A DNA stretch of 63,853 nucleotides, filler included, from Vannella sp. (GCA_023345925.1; 6 parts of 6 records of this genome joined end to end with filler, not necessarily neighbours in it), one strand, 5' to 3'. Positions 34,085 to 46,228 are shown, numbered from the whole stretch's first letter. Numbers and translations: made by a program. Notes: generated from the letters alone by a model not told the origin.

Positions 34085-34585
34085 ATGGCTGCAGACCCAC
34101 CAAAAGGTCCGCGGGTGGTCACTGGCTCCGATTTCTTCAATGGGCCACCACCAGACCCGCGCGCAACTACTTCTACGTCGATGGGACATGTGTCAGGTAC
34201 ACAGCAGGTCCGGCCACCCGGGCCTGGGCGCAATGGAACGATGCGGGTGGCTCCGCGACCAGTTGGTGTGGGAGGATTCCCTGCACTGAATGCGGAGGGT
34301 CTTCGACAGAGCGTTAACCTCTTTGGACATGCAGTGCCAGTGTACGGGGTCCTACTAGCAGCTGGTGTAGCTTTCTACATTTGGGGATTCATCGGCATTG
34401 TTATGCTTGGTGTGCTTTACGGCATTAGCCAGAGCTTCCAGACACCTGCTGTAGGAGCTCCCGCCAATCACGTACAGGAGAATCCCAGAGAACAAGGCCC
34501 AGCTCAACCCACTAACCGAACATCCGGTCCCTCTCCCAGTAGCAGCGCACCTCGGTTCCCAGGAGCTGCTAACCGTCTCAGCTAG
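34085..34585 (+). CDS. Small membrane protein, FAM241/DUF4605-like (tentative)
   Basis: Disordered Pro/Gly termini around LFGHAVPVYGVLLAAGVAFYIWGFIGIVMLGVLYGISQ, a hairpin-like hydrophobic segment resembling FAM241. Confidence 0.5.
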   Translation: MAADPPKGPRVVTGSDFFNGPPPDPRATTSTSMGHVSGTQQVRPPGPGRNGTMRVAPRPVGVGGFPALNAEGLRQSVNLFGHAVPVYGVLLAAGVAFYIWGFIGIVMLGVLYGISQSFQTPAVGAPANHVQENPREQGPAQPTNRTSGPSPSSSAPRFPGAANRLS

Positions 34586-34847
34586 TCATCCTCTCTTCGT
34601 CCAAGTCTCTTAATGACTTTAAAGCCCTCTCCAAATGGACCACTGACCACACAAAGCCTTCTTCCCGCGCCATCCCATTTCCCCTTGATGGCGAGAGGTC
34701 CATTGACCATCCTGGCCTTATTCCAAAGAGCCAACTACCAAGGCGATGCCATTCCCGGAGGGTGTTGCAGAGGGAAGTGAAAGGGAAGCGGAGGGAAGTG
34801 GTTTGCTCTTCCCCTTTCCCCTTTCCCCCTTCTTCCTTCATTTCCAA

Positions 34848-37402
34848 ATGGCGGCCAATTCGCGGAGTGCTTCTTTCGAAGATGGACTTTATCATCGGAA
34901 AGGAGCGGGAGCGGACCGAATCAGGGCAGTTCTGAAAGAGAAAGCGGAAAAGGACATCTTCTGGGCATGGCAAGTGGCTGCCTTGGCGATGAAACCAGTG
35001 GAAGGCAAAGTCCAGCCCATTAGTGACAAAAGTCTCAGCGAGGCGGAATGGGAGAGAGTCCTTTTGAGCCAAGGAGTAGAGACACTTTTGTTCCATTCGG
35101 ATGAGAAAGACGAAATGCATCAAAGAATCAGGGCCATCTTCGACTGGAAGGCTATTGAGAAAGCTCAAGTACTCACCCTACAGGCCTCTGTCGAGGCAGA
35201 GGGGGTGCGAATCTGCCCCGTCCGACAGAGACACAGTTGCCGCTTCTCCCGCCGGTTTGGGAACGGAATGTTCATGACTGTGTCCCACAAGAGCTACCAA
35301 CCTCAATGCATTCCCATTTCATTCCACTGGCAAGAGTTTGGACTGGGGAAATGGGAGTTCCTCTATGCCAAAGTGGACGATTCGCAAGTCACTTACATCC
35401 GCACCGATAAGCCAGATCAGAATGGTCAACGGTTGAATGCTATCTTCGTTAGGAACTGGCTAGTGGACTTGACTGTTAATGGACACCAAACGCTCTCCAA
35501 GTATCAGTCGCGAATTGGGTTGGCGTTTTGCCCCTCTTTTTGCATCCCGCGCGTTCTTGGAACAGAAGAGTATCAAGTCCTTCCTGATATCAATCACAGC
35601 ACGGAGGATTCGAATGAAGCAGTAATGACGGATGGATGTGGCCTCATTTCCTCCAGTTTCATGATCATTGTCAGGGAGCAACTGGGCCTCCCATTCACAC
35701 CATCGGCAATCCAAGGCCGGTTCGGAAGTTGTAAGGGGGTATGTCCTCTGCTCTGCTTGATACGAAAGGTAGACTAACAGTCATCAAGGTCTGGCTGCTT
35801 GCTGAGGACAAAGACATGAACGGGAAGCTCCTGATTTGCCGAAAGTCTCAAGAGAAGTTTCTTTTCAATCCATCGAAGGAGCTTGAGGAATGCCATCGCA
35901 AACTGGATGTCTTATCCTGGTCCAAGGCTCGCCCCGGTAAACTTCACTTGGATGCGGCAGTATTCATGTGCGCGCTGGGATTGAAAAAGTCAACTTTAGA
36001 GGTCTTAGCTCGAGAAGAGATGGCTTCACTCAAGAAACTCTTCAATCCAGAGAAGGTAACGCTCCAAAACACTCGGAGCGCTCTCCATTATCTTTGCCAG
36101 AATGGCAAAGTGAGTATGGCAGGCAGAGCGAGTATTTCCGGGTGTTGTCAACAGATGCTATTGGCGGGATTCCCTCTTGATTATCCTGAAGTGGGAAAGG
36201 AACTGCTCAAGCTGAGCAACTCAAAGATGGCGGATCTATGTGGAGGAAAGATACCAGTGAACAAAGGGGCTTCCCTGATGATGGTACCTGACCATACTGG
36301 AACACTCGCTCCTGATCAATTCTTCGTGCAATTCTCAAACCCATCCACTCATGAGCTGAGGGTTCTGCAAGGGACGGCATTGCTCTTTAGGACTCCGTCC
36401 TATCTTTTTTCAGATTTCCAGAAGATGGAAGCCGTCGACTGCCCGACTCTTCATGGCTATTTCGATGTTGCTGTTTTCTCCACCCAAGGAAAGGTCTCTC
36501 CTGGATCAATCTTGTCAGGTGGGGACTACGACGGCGACACTGTGACCATTTTGTGGGATCCTCGGATTCTCAGTTCAATTCAGTGTGTCCCAAAGCTGCC
36601 GCCTCCCAAAGACGTGGCAAACTATCACCTTCCGAGCAAACAGGGGGGACGGGAAATGGCATCTGTTGGTTTGTACATTCAACGTGAACTCATCAAGTAC
36701 AATCGAGAGACAAAGCCGTGGTTGTTGGGGAAAATGGTTCTGCAGATGCGCGCAGTTCTGTTACAAGAAGCTATCAGTGGTACCAAAGGATCTTCTTCAG
36801 ACAGAGCGAAAATAGGGTTGGTAGGACATCTTTGTGCGGCAGCAGTGGATGCAACAAAAGCTGGAACCTCCTTCAAAAATCCCGAAGCCATCCTAAGTCT
36901 ACCCGGCCAATCCCAAGCTACCAGAACCAGCAGCTCATACAAAGAAAGGACTAGAGCAAAATGGGTCATCTTAGACGAGAAAAGTCTGGCTAAAGCTGTC
37001 CATTCTCCCCAGTGCGACGAGAAAAGGCCGACCAAACTGGCCTGTTATCCCAAGTGGGATATCGATCTGGCCCCCTCTGAGGATCAAGTCACCGACAAAA
37101 GGCTTCAAACTTGTCGCGAGTTCCTTGATTCCGCGAAAAGCAAGAATTTCAATGAGATCGCAAATCAGGCGGACTGCTTTAGGGAGAGTTGGTCTTCCTC
37201 CCTTTCTGCTGAGGAACGTCTCGCATTGGCAAGCGTTTTCTATTTGATGACTGAGGTTGACTATCGCCATCTGCGGTGGGTAAGATGGCGCCTCTTTCTG
37301 GGGGAATACTGCCAAATGAAGGCCGACGCCATTTCCCGACGCCGACTTGGCTCTTTAAGCCTCACTGTACTGCCCTCCTTTGTCTCCAGATGGGACTCCT
37401 AA
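34848..37402 (+). CDS. Cellular RNA-dependent RNA polymerase (RNAi RdRP, RDR/QDE-1 family)
   Basis: TDGCGLIS, PSAIQGRFGSCKGVW (intron 35739-35788), FRTPS, AVFSTQG, catalytic SGGDYDGD, AAVDATKAG. 834 aa from ATG 34848; the ORF is open upstream to 34746, so the start is uncertain. Confidence 0.93.
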
Positions 37403-37539
37403 CTTGGCGCAATCCATTTCCAATTCCCACTAAACCAAAAGACGTTGAATGAATCACATCAAACCAGGGCAAAGTCATCTTCGCCCTTTCATTCAAGTCC
37501 CTCCTTCAGAGAAGCCACTCATTCCGCTGATACAAACGC

Positions 37540-38086
37540 TCATTCAGCGGAATGACCGGCTGTGGGCTCTGGCAAGTAATAACGCACTTCCCGGAGGAGC
37601 TCGTTGATCTGACTGAGAAGGCTTTGCTTCTTTTGGTGGAGCGACCGGAAGGTGCTTTGGTACTCGGCATCCACCTCGTAGATGTCTTTCTGCCCTATGA
37701 TCTGTTCTTGGCGAACCGAAAGGATCTGCAGAGTCTGGCGGAAAGCGTCAGCGCGCTGGCTTTGATGGATCTCTTCCATACCAGGTGGAGGAGCTCCTTC
37801 TCTTGGCTCTGGAGTGCTTCAAGGCATTGGGGCAGCTCCGTATCTCCCTGTTCATGGGAAGAATCGATCACTTCCCGCACACTCTTGCTCAGTTCACCAA
37901 AGCGATTGGTGATGTCCGTGCTCACTCGTTTGTACTTTCCCAGATCCTTTGTTCGCAAGAACTCTTCAAAGGCACTACTCCACTTCATCAACCCTATCCA
38001 TGCCCCCTCTCCCGTCCTCTCTACCTCTGAAACTGAGCATAAGCGGCCACACGCTCCTCCTGAACCGACAGAACCCGCGCGGCCAT
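37540..38086 (-). CDS. REX1BD: REX1-B (required for excision 1-B) family protein, 3 exons
   Basis: Spliced product VLSVQEERVAAYAQFQSAFEEFL..YKRVSTDITNRFGELS..LQSQEKELLHLTLQ..QINELLREVRY matches the REX1B helical pattern. Confidence 0.7.
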
Positions 38087-38187
38087 CAACAAGTGACTTC
38101 GATGAGCCACTCTAAGTCGTTCCTTAGCTAGTAGCAGGCAGCCACCGCCTTCTCGAAGCAGAAGGAGAACGGACGAAAGTGTATGAA

Positions 38188-39186
38188 TCATGTTTGGGCT
38201 CGTGTTCGGGTCCCAGAAGGGCGGAAGCGTCTTGGAGGTTGCTCTAAGCCAGAAGGAACGAGAGAGAAGCCACAAACGTTGTTGACAACGCTTTGTCCTT
38301 GCGCTCGCTTGACTGAGACGACTCCCATGAACTTGCCCGAGGTGCTGCTGTACGCACGGCAGAAGTCTGCCACTGGGAAGTCTTCCAGTGCACCATAGAC
38401 AGTCCCTACTCGAAGGAGAGTCTCTACTTGAAGCGGTCGAAGCTTAACGGAGGGCGCCTGTTCCAAAAGGATCTCTGGAGAGATCAGATTCCTTTGGATA
38501 TCTGACACGGACGCGATGGTGTCCCATGGTACTGCATTCTCTAGCTCGAACTGACCTACTGCTTGCCGGATCAGGCCCTTCAGGTGGCCTCCACAGCCCA
38601 GTTGTTCGCCCAGATCATGCACTAACGAGCGAATGTACGTCCCAGACGAGCAGTGGATGTCCAAGACAGCCCGTGGAGGAGCCTCCTTGGCGTGCAGATC
38701 GCAATGGCGAAGGATCAAGGAGTGGATCGTCACCTCGCGGGAGGGAAGATCGGGGATCTCTTCCCCTCGTCTTGCTTTGTCGTAGAGACGCTCTCCATCC
38801 CTTCGGACAGCAGAGAAAGGAGGGACCTTCTGCTTAATCTTTCCTTTGAAGGGCGTAAGTGCCTGGCGTAGCTCTTCCTCCGTGCAGAAGACCGTTGCTT
38901 GTCGAGTAATCCGCCCTAAACAGTCATACGAGTCGGTAGAGGTCCCCAACTCCAAGAGAGCCTGATAGCGCTTGTCCTTTTGGGTAAGATAAGAGCTAAG
39001 GGTAGTGCTCTCCCCAATACAGAGCAACATCACACCCGAAGCAAGAGGATCCAGCGTTCCGGTGTGTCCCACTTTCACTTCTGGTCCCACCAGCTCCTTC
39101 AGCCCACTCACCAACGCATTGGAAGTCATTCCCGAAGGCTTATGCACATGCAGCAAGCCCCCCAACGTCAACCACCGCCCTGCCAT
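38188..39186 (-). CDS. truB: tRNA pseudouridine-55 synthase, bacterial TruB type, intronless
   Basis: VHKPSGMTS, catalytic GHTGTLDPLASG, GTSTDSYD, PPFSAVRRDGERLY, CSSGTYIRSL. Confidence 0.93.
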   Translation of the reverse strand: MAGRWLTLGGLLHVHKPSGMTSNALVSGLKELVGPEVKVGHTGTLDPLASGVMLLCIGESTTLSSYLTQKDKRYQALLELGTSTDSYDCLGRITRQATVFCTEEELRQALTPFKGKIKQKVPPFSAVRRDGERLYDKARRGEEIPDLPSREVTIHSLILRHCDLHAKEAPPRAVLDIHCSSGTYIRSLVHDLGEQLGCGGHLKGLIRQAVGQFELENAVPWDTIASVSDIQRNLISPEILLEQAPSVKLRPLQVETLLRVGTVYGALEDFPVADFCRAYSSTSGKFMGVVSVKRAQGQSVVNNVCGFSLVPSGLEQPPRRFRPSGTRTRAQT

Positions 39187-39503
39187 GTCCTCCCTGAGGA
39201 GCGCGGAATGAATGACTTATTTCCATCCTTTTGGGGCTACTGTGCGGGACTCAATCCCTTTAGAGTATGTCATATCTTCTCCTGAGAAGGCAAAGGAACG
39301 GCAAAATGACCCTAAAAAGAGCTTTCCGGCAACTTGAGGTCGAATTCCGGACAGGTCTTTGTTCCCTCCCTCCGGACAAGTTTCGTTGGAGAAGAACACT
39401 TTCTTTGTTGTTTTACAGTATGACTCATTTACACGCTCCACCGCTGAAGTAGAATCTCGAGAAAGAGGAGAAAGGCATTGAGATGGCCCGCGGGGAACCA
39501 GTT

Positions 39504-42441
39504 TTAGCACAAGAACGACAGAACTTACATTGGGTTAGTAAGTCCATAAGAACGGAGAATAGGGAGAGAGTGGAGCTGACGTACTGTTCGGGGAGATGGC
39601 CTCGTTAATCACGTTCATGAAATTCTCTTTCTCGTAAAGAGATTTGCATTCGAAGACGATTTTGCTCTTCGCACCCGGACTTCGATCGTAACTCATGATT
39701 TGGAACGCGTTCTTGACTGTAGCAAGATGAGATACTGGATGGGAGTGAGGGAATCTGCCTACTTTGGTCTGTATCTGGCACATTCCACACAATGCAGTGA
39801 GCCACTGGGACAGTGTATTTGTTGATCCACTTTCCATTCTTGGGCTTGACAACGACCAGAATGTTATTGAAGAGGAAGAAGTGGCGCTTCAACAAGTGAC
39901 CTCTTCCGTCATCCTCTTTCACATCTCCTTCAATAATGAACTTGATGGCACTCTTAAAGTCCAACTGCACGTCGATCTTGGACTGGATCTGTTGGATCTT
40001 CATCAAATTGTCCATTACCCTCTGAGTTTCATTTGCGCGGTGAACAATAGAATTCGTTGATTCAATGGCTTCCAATAGATTTGTGGTGTCTGTCCATGAG
40101 CTAGGAGTGTGTCTAGAAAGCTCTCTTAGAAGTAAAACGTAGCGGCAAATGCGTTGGAAAGGCTTGATTAAGAACCCGCCAATATCTTCAGGAAGATTGT
40201 GTACTTTTTTTGTTTCCTGTTGATGTGTGAGACCTTATCTCTCAGTGGCTTTGCACTGACCTTCAAGAAGTGGTCAAATGCTTCATTTGTCCCACGAAGA
40301 TTCTCCAGTGTCTGCATGGCAGTGACCTGACTGGTACAGTAAGGCGTATAAGCCCCAAAATCTTGTTTCTACACGATTCAGTGAGCTGGAAGCAAACTTC
40401 AAAGCAATTCGGTCATACAAAAGAAAGGAAGATTCTCCCAATTTCCTGCTCTTCGGGGGCCTTTGCTTCCTCCTCCCGCAGCTCCTTCAGGAGCCGCTCG
40501 GAGATACCAAAAAGCTCTTCGAGATTACAGAATACAGTCTTCAAGTCTTCCTCGCTGATGATAGATGAGAGGTCATTCCTCAAAGGCAATAGAAAGTGCT
40601 ATTATCATTAACGAGTTGCTTTCAAACCCTCCTGAAAGTACTTACGGCAACAAGAATGCCTAATTGGCGCACGTAATGGGTTTCTGTTGAAAGAATCTCT
40701 TCAAAGGGCAGCTGCCGGGCCAAGAGCTCCTTTGAAAGAGACTTGGAATTGCTCGTGTCCAGCTCTCGAGCCTCAGGAAGCCCAAGACAATCCCAATACG
40801 GCGATGGCTGCTCAAAGAACTGATCCACTAATTGAGTTGGAGAAGACTCGACTTCTGAAGAAGCGCCCGACAGCGTGTTGCCAATGTGGTTAAATGTGGC
40901 AGAGATGTGCTGGCGGACTCCCAGAGACGTCCCCGCTGCTGGTTGAGTAAGCATCTCCATATCCTCTGATCTCATACTTGATACATCAACGGACGAGAGC
41001 CGGGCATGGCCCCTGCTAGGACGGGGAGGCCTTTCCGGCTTTTCAGGTTTCCCCTCTTTTGGAGCGTCAGGCACTTCAAACACACCTCTGGGGGACAACG
41101 GAGAATGGTCCTCTGCTTCTGCAGCCTTTTCAGTTGTCCTAGTGGACCCTGCACGGGAAGAACCGGAAGTGAACTTGGAACGAAGAGTTTTGAAAGTCGT
41201 GACTGGTGCGCCGACAATTGTCTTCGAACGGCCCCTGAATGCATCTGAAGGGCTGGTATGTTCAGCCTTCTTTGAGGGAACCGCTTCTGGGAGTGTCAGG
41301 GAGAAGGATTCGCTGGGGGATCGAGGAACAATCCGAGCTGGAAGCGCCCGTTGGACTGCCTCCATTTGGGATAGGATAAGCTGGCTGTTGGACAGTGATT
41401 CGAGTTGACTGTCTCTCAAGAGGTCTAGTAAGGCCTTCACCTCCTCCTCCAGTCCCACACAGCGGGGGGAAATAGGAAGAGAGGACATGGTCATTCGGCG
41501 AGGGGTGAGCGACAGCCTTCGCGGCGAGCAGGGAACCTCAACCACATCTGCACTGGGCTCCATTGGAATGGCGTCAGAATGGTTGAAGACTTGAACGAGC
41601 TCAGCAACGAGCGACTCTGCAATTTGGCCGTTAGTTCTGCAAAGGGCAGGTCATGAGAAGGGCATACTTGGTCCCTGTACTCCTGAGACGGCATTGTGAA
41701 TGTCCAGAGAAGCAATGTGCTCTTTCATGGCCTCAAGAACTTGCAAATCCCCAAACTCCCGTGCCTCTTCAAGGGGAGTGGCGCCCTCCTCAGTCCTCGC
41801 GCGGTGATCTGCCTTATGTTGCAATAGTAGTGCTACGATGTCACGACGACGGCTCCGCACGGCGTTGTGCAAACAAGTTACTCCGTCCCTGGTCAGATGT
41901 GAGTCGACACAGTGACTAACTGACTCTCCTTGACATACTTGGTACGAGAACTAACATCTGCTTTCTTCCCAATCAAGTGAACCACTGCTTCATCACTCCC
42001 GATCATGCAGGCGCGAAGCAAAGCTGTTTCCCCGCGATAGTTTGCTTGGTCAAGCAGGTGAGGCGCTTTCTCCAACAGAGAATCAATGAACTCTAACTGC
42101 TCCACAGGGTTTCGTCTCCCCTTTACGGCGTAGTGGAGCACCGAGTTCTGGTCAAAGGTACAGAGGTTGGCGTCCGCCTTGTACTGTAGAAGCAACATGC
42201 AGACTCCAAAGTGCTGTTCGTTGGTAGAGCAATGAAGTGGCGTCCATCCCTTACTATCCTGGCTGTTAAAATCAGCTTTCTTCTTCAAGAGAGCCTTGAC
42301 AACCGGATGCATCCCCTCTAAAGCCGCCACATGCAACGGTGTTTGCTCCCGTAGGTCTCGTATGTTCACATCCTTTGCAGTCTTAAGGAACTGAACGATG
42401 TGGTGGTCGCTGTGCAGCTGCAGCGCCGTGTGGATGTCCAT
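39504..42441 (-). CDS. Ankyrin-repeat + RhoGEF (DH) + PH domain protein, multi-exon
   Basis: Ankyrin TPLH repeats; DH motifs EEILSTETHYVRQL and GFLIKPFQRICRYVLLLREL; PH motif RHFFLFNNILVVVK. The 3' end is approximate. Confidence 0.88.
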
Positions 42442-42481
42442 CGGGCCAACAAAAGATGGCGAATCGATCGTGGAGACCACT

Positions 42482-43592
42482 TTAGGAAGGAGTTGGAGTG
42501 TGTGATGGGCGTTTAAGCGTGTTGCTCTTCATCTGAAGGCGTCTCCTTGGCCGTAAAAGCTTCCTCTTCCTCGCGCCCAGGCAATTGGTAGAGAGGAACG
42601 TCGTAGCGGAACGCTTTCTTGGCTGGTGCACGTGCAAAGCGGATAGTGATCTCATCGTGGTCACGGCGGAGGAAGTGGGAGAGTCCCAACTTGTTAAAGT
42701 AGACGGTTGTGACCCTGGGAAGGTTGTGAGCGCCGTTGTCGTGTTTCTCAACGCAGAGATGGCTACTTACGAACCACCTGTTGACTCAATAGCCTCCTTG
42801 GCTGACTTGGTGATCGATTGCACCTCCAAGTTCAACGGCGCAGCGGAAGAGCCCTGGAAAGAGTCCTTTCCCTGCTTCAGATGAGTCACTGTGACAGGAG
42901 AGTGTTCAGAGGGGATCCGTACATTGCCAAGGATCTTAACAGGCTTGCTCAGACCCCGGAAGATGCCGCTATCGCGCAAATCGCGGATGGTGAGAGGACG
43001 ATCTGCAGGCTGGACAAGGCGCCCAGTGTCCAGGTAGAGCTGTAGTTGGTTGAGATTGAGCTCTTGGTAGTCGATCTTAGTGTTGTTGCGGAAGCCGTAC
43101 TTGCGAGCGGACTTATAAAGCGAGTTGAGAGATCCTCCTTCAAAACCTGGCCTCGTGCTGCCTCCTGCGCGGGGATGCGGGTCAGCGGGATCCGTAGAAG
43201 GTAAGAAGAAACGTACCTGATCGAGACCGTTGTCCTTTGGTTCCTTTGCCCGCTGTCTTGCCCAGGCCTGAACCGGGACCACGACCGACGATCTTTCGGC
43301 GAAGGTGAGCTCCCGGGTTGTCCTTGAGCTTGTTTGCGTCCAAAAAAGAAGAAGGGATACCCTGGGGGTGCTCTACAAGGTAGGGAGAAGCGCTATGCTC
43401 AATCGGACGAACTGGAAAGTCATCTGCCTGCTCCACTAAAGGTCGATTTCCTAAGCCGATGGGATGCGGCTTAGTCTTTGCGCGAAACCGCTCTTTCGGG
43501 TCATCTGTCCACTTGTTTTTGCTTCTCAACGATGTTACCAGCATCCCCCCAAGGCGAACTCCCTGCCAAGCAGTGGCGCCGTGGCGAAGCAT
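42482..43592 (-). CDS. MRPL15: Mitochondrial ribosomal protein uL15m
   Basis: Presequence [65 protein letters not shown]. Confidence 0.9.
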
Positions 43593-43985
43593 TCCCGCAA
43601 ATGACCTCTTTATTGCCCCCTTGCTCACTTGCCAGTCTAATGTGGAAATGGAAAACCCCAATAAATGGGGGCTCGGAGACTAAAACACGTTCTGGTACCC
43701 ACATGTCATTATGCCATGATAATGATCACTTTCGAGAAAGAGAGAAAATCCCCCAGTTCCATCGGGAAGAGGCAGGACTCGTATTTGAGAGAATGAGCTT
43801 CACTTACCTACCTTACCTAGCTCATAAGCTTTTGGACTGATTTCATTTTTCCACTTCTTGGATATTTGAGACGCGACCCAAGTCACCCAGACAAGCGGAA
43901 ATGCCGAGAACAGGACTTTCTGTGTCGCTCAAGACTCTCTCGATAAACCACTTCAACCACGGAGCATCCAAGGTCCTTTATTCGC

Positions 43986-46036
43986 TCACATGGCCATGAT
44001 GGTCGCCAACGCTACGATCAACGAGGCGACGAGAAGGACACTCTCCGAACTAGCAAAGCTACCTCCCGGAACCGGAACTGGAACTGGAATAGGCACTGGA
44101 ACGGGGTTGGGAATGGGATTGGGCACTGGAACGGGGTTAGGTACAGGGTTGGGAATGGGATTGGGCACTGGATTGGGAACGGGGATGGGATTGGGAACTG
44201 GAACCGGGACTGGATTAGGGACAGGGTTAGGGACAGGGTTAGGGACGGGAATGGGAACGTTTGTGGGCGCAGGGACGGGAACATTTGTGGGTACAGGGAC
44301 AAAAACATCCGTGGGGACGGGAACAGGAACCTGGCGAATAGAAGCCGACAAAGGAGCCGACGCAGAGGCCAAAGGAGTGTGCGAAGCAGAGTTCAACCGA
44401 TTCACATCCCTACGAAGCGCAACAGAAAGAAGGCCAACTTCGCGAATGTCGCCACAAGCTCTGTTTGAGCCAGCTACAGAGCTGGAGAACAAGCCAGCAC
44501 TGGCACACTGGAAGCTGCCGGATCGGCTGACAACAACACAATAGTCACTTAACACCAAGTTGGCTTGGTTCAACTCAAAGCACACTTCCAGGGCTTGGCT
44601 GGGCTGAACCAAAGAGCCGTTCACGGTTAGAATGGTCAATTGAAGGAGCACGGAGAACAAAGGCAGAGTGGACGCGGGGGGACTGAGAACGTTGGTAGGC
44701 ACTTCCGTGGCATTCACTTGGGCGAAGGGAGGGAGGCCACTTCGGGGGAGAGTGGCACTCGTTCCATTGGTGGTCACTACAACAAAGGAAGCTGGCGTCA
44801 TCGAAGGAGAGACTGAAATACTCATCGTCGTAGAAGGAGTGGCGGACGAGGAAGGAGTGTGCGAGGGAGATCCTGAAGAAGACGAAGTCATTGAAGCCGA
44901 GGGAGTCTTTGAGGGAGTAACTGAAGCCGAGGAAGTCTTCGAGGGAGTAACTGAAGCCGAGAGAATCAAAGGGGTGCCCGTTGAGGAAGCAGACTGCGAG
45001 GTAGTGGCAGACGAGGATTCAGCCAGCAAGGTAGAGGCTAAAGAGGAAGCAGTTTGCGAGGGAGTGCTAGAAGGAGACAGAGAAGGTAAGACTGCACCCT
45101 CACTTGCACTAAGACTCCCACTCGCACTATGACTAGCACTCAGAGTGACCGTTGGGCTTGTAGATTGCGTGGAGGGCATTGTTGCGCTCTTCGTTTGACT
45201 CACAGTTGAGCTGGATGAAGGAGATGCAGATGGTGTTGTAGAGGTAGAAGGAGTCGCACCCACGGTGAGGTTATTCGCGGCGTCGATGAAGGCAGACCAA
45301 AAGGGCTCAGGCGGAAGGTCGTTGTACGGATTGGGGACGTTAGGAAGGATAGAGGCGAAGACTAGCCCAGCTCTATACTGCCTGCTTCGATAGACCACGT
45401 CCTGAGCAGCTTGAGTGGTGTTGGGAGTGGTGTGGACGATGTGCCAGAAGCGAGAGGGCGCGTAGTTGGCCATCCACGGAGAAGGAGTGTACGCCAAGTA
45501 GTTGGTGTAGTCGTTCTCAAAGGACACAGAGACATTCACAGCTGCCATCATCCCCTCACAGAAGTTGGTGCCGGGGTTGAAGCACGACACAGGATTGGAC
45601 ACTCCAAAGGTGGAAGCTGTTTGGGTGATGAAGGCGGTGATGTCAGAGTAGTAAGTGATGTTGTCGCAGTGAGAGGAGCCCTCATCCAGGAAGATTCCAT
45701 TCACTTTGTACAGTTGGAACCATTCCTGCACTTCCGCTTGGACAGTGGCGATGGGGACGGAGGCGTATCCAGTGGCTACGTACCCGAGAACGATAGAATT
45801 GTTGAAGGATTGAAGGGTTTGGATACCCTGCAAGTAGTCGCTGTTGATTGGGAGACCACCGGGGCCACTGTTGACGTTGGCAACAGAAACGAGACGATTT
45901 CCTGCCACTAGGCGCGGTGCTGTTGCTCCAATCGGGTCCAAGGTACACTGGTTGGATAAAAGTAGGAAGGCACTGCCACTTCACTGCTTGAAGCGTAAGC
46001 AGCGGCCGCGAGAAGGAGGAACCAGAGACCTTGCAT
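43986..46036 (-). CDS. Secreted/GPI-type spherulin-4 (GH135) protein with Ser/Thr stalk, Cys module and (VPNP)n repeat; apparent 1-nt frameshift near 45938
   Basis: Signal peptide [16 protein letters not shown] and VPSYFYP..W lie in one frame. [36 protein letters not shown] lie in another frame. C-terminus is hydrophobic. Confidence 0.85.
44070..44330 (-). repeat. Coding low-complexity repeat (V/I-P-N/V-P)n
   Basis: 12-nt-period imperfect repeats (e.g. gggttagggaca on +) encoding [12 protein letters not shown]. Confidence 0.9.
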
Positions 46037-46228
46037 GGAAGAACCAGAAAATGCAACGGAAACGGACGAAATGCCTAAAAGTCACACTCAACAACCAATC
46101 AGTGGCCACTGAGCTTTTTCTCTTGGCTGTCCGACGCGGGGCACGCTCTCGCTGCGTCGGATCAAGACTCAAGCCCGCTTTGGGATCGGAGCTGATTCTC
46201 CTTTCCTTCGCTGGTGATAGAAGTGTAG

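Noticed and set aside
34578..35168. 196-aa minus-strand ORF overlapping the RdRP 5' region
   Set aside because: No recognisable domain. It overlaps the better-supported RdRP frame.
34848..37402. RdRP as an endogenous RNA virus
   Set aside because: It has the DxDGD double-psi-barrel signature of cellular RdRPs and a spliceosomal intron, not viral palm motifs (GDD).
43990..44544. Plus-strand (GT/GL)n ORF and CRISPR-like periodicity
   Set aside because: It is the antisense shadow of the VPNP coding repeat, with 12-nt periodicity and no unique spacers or cas genes.
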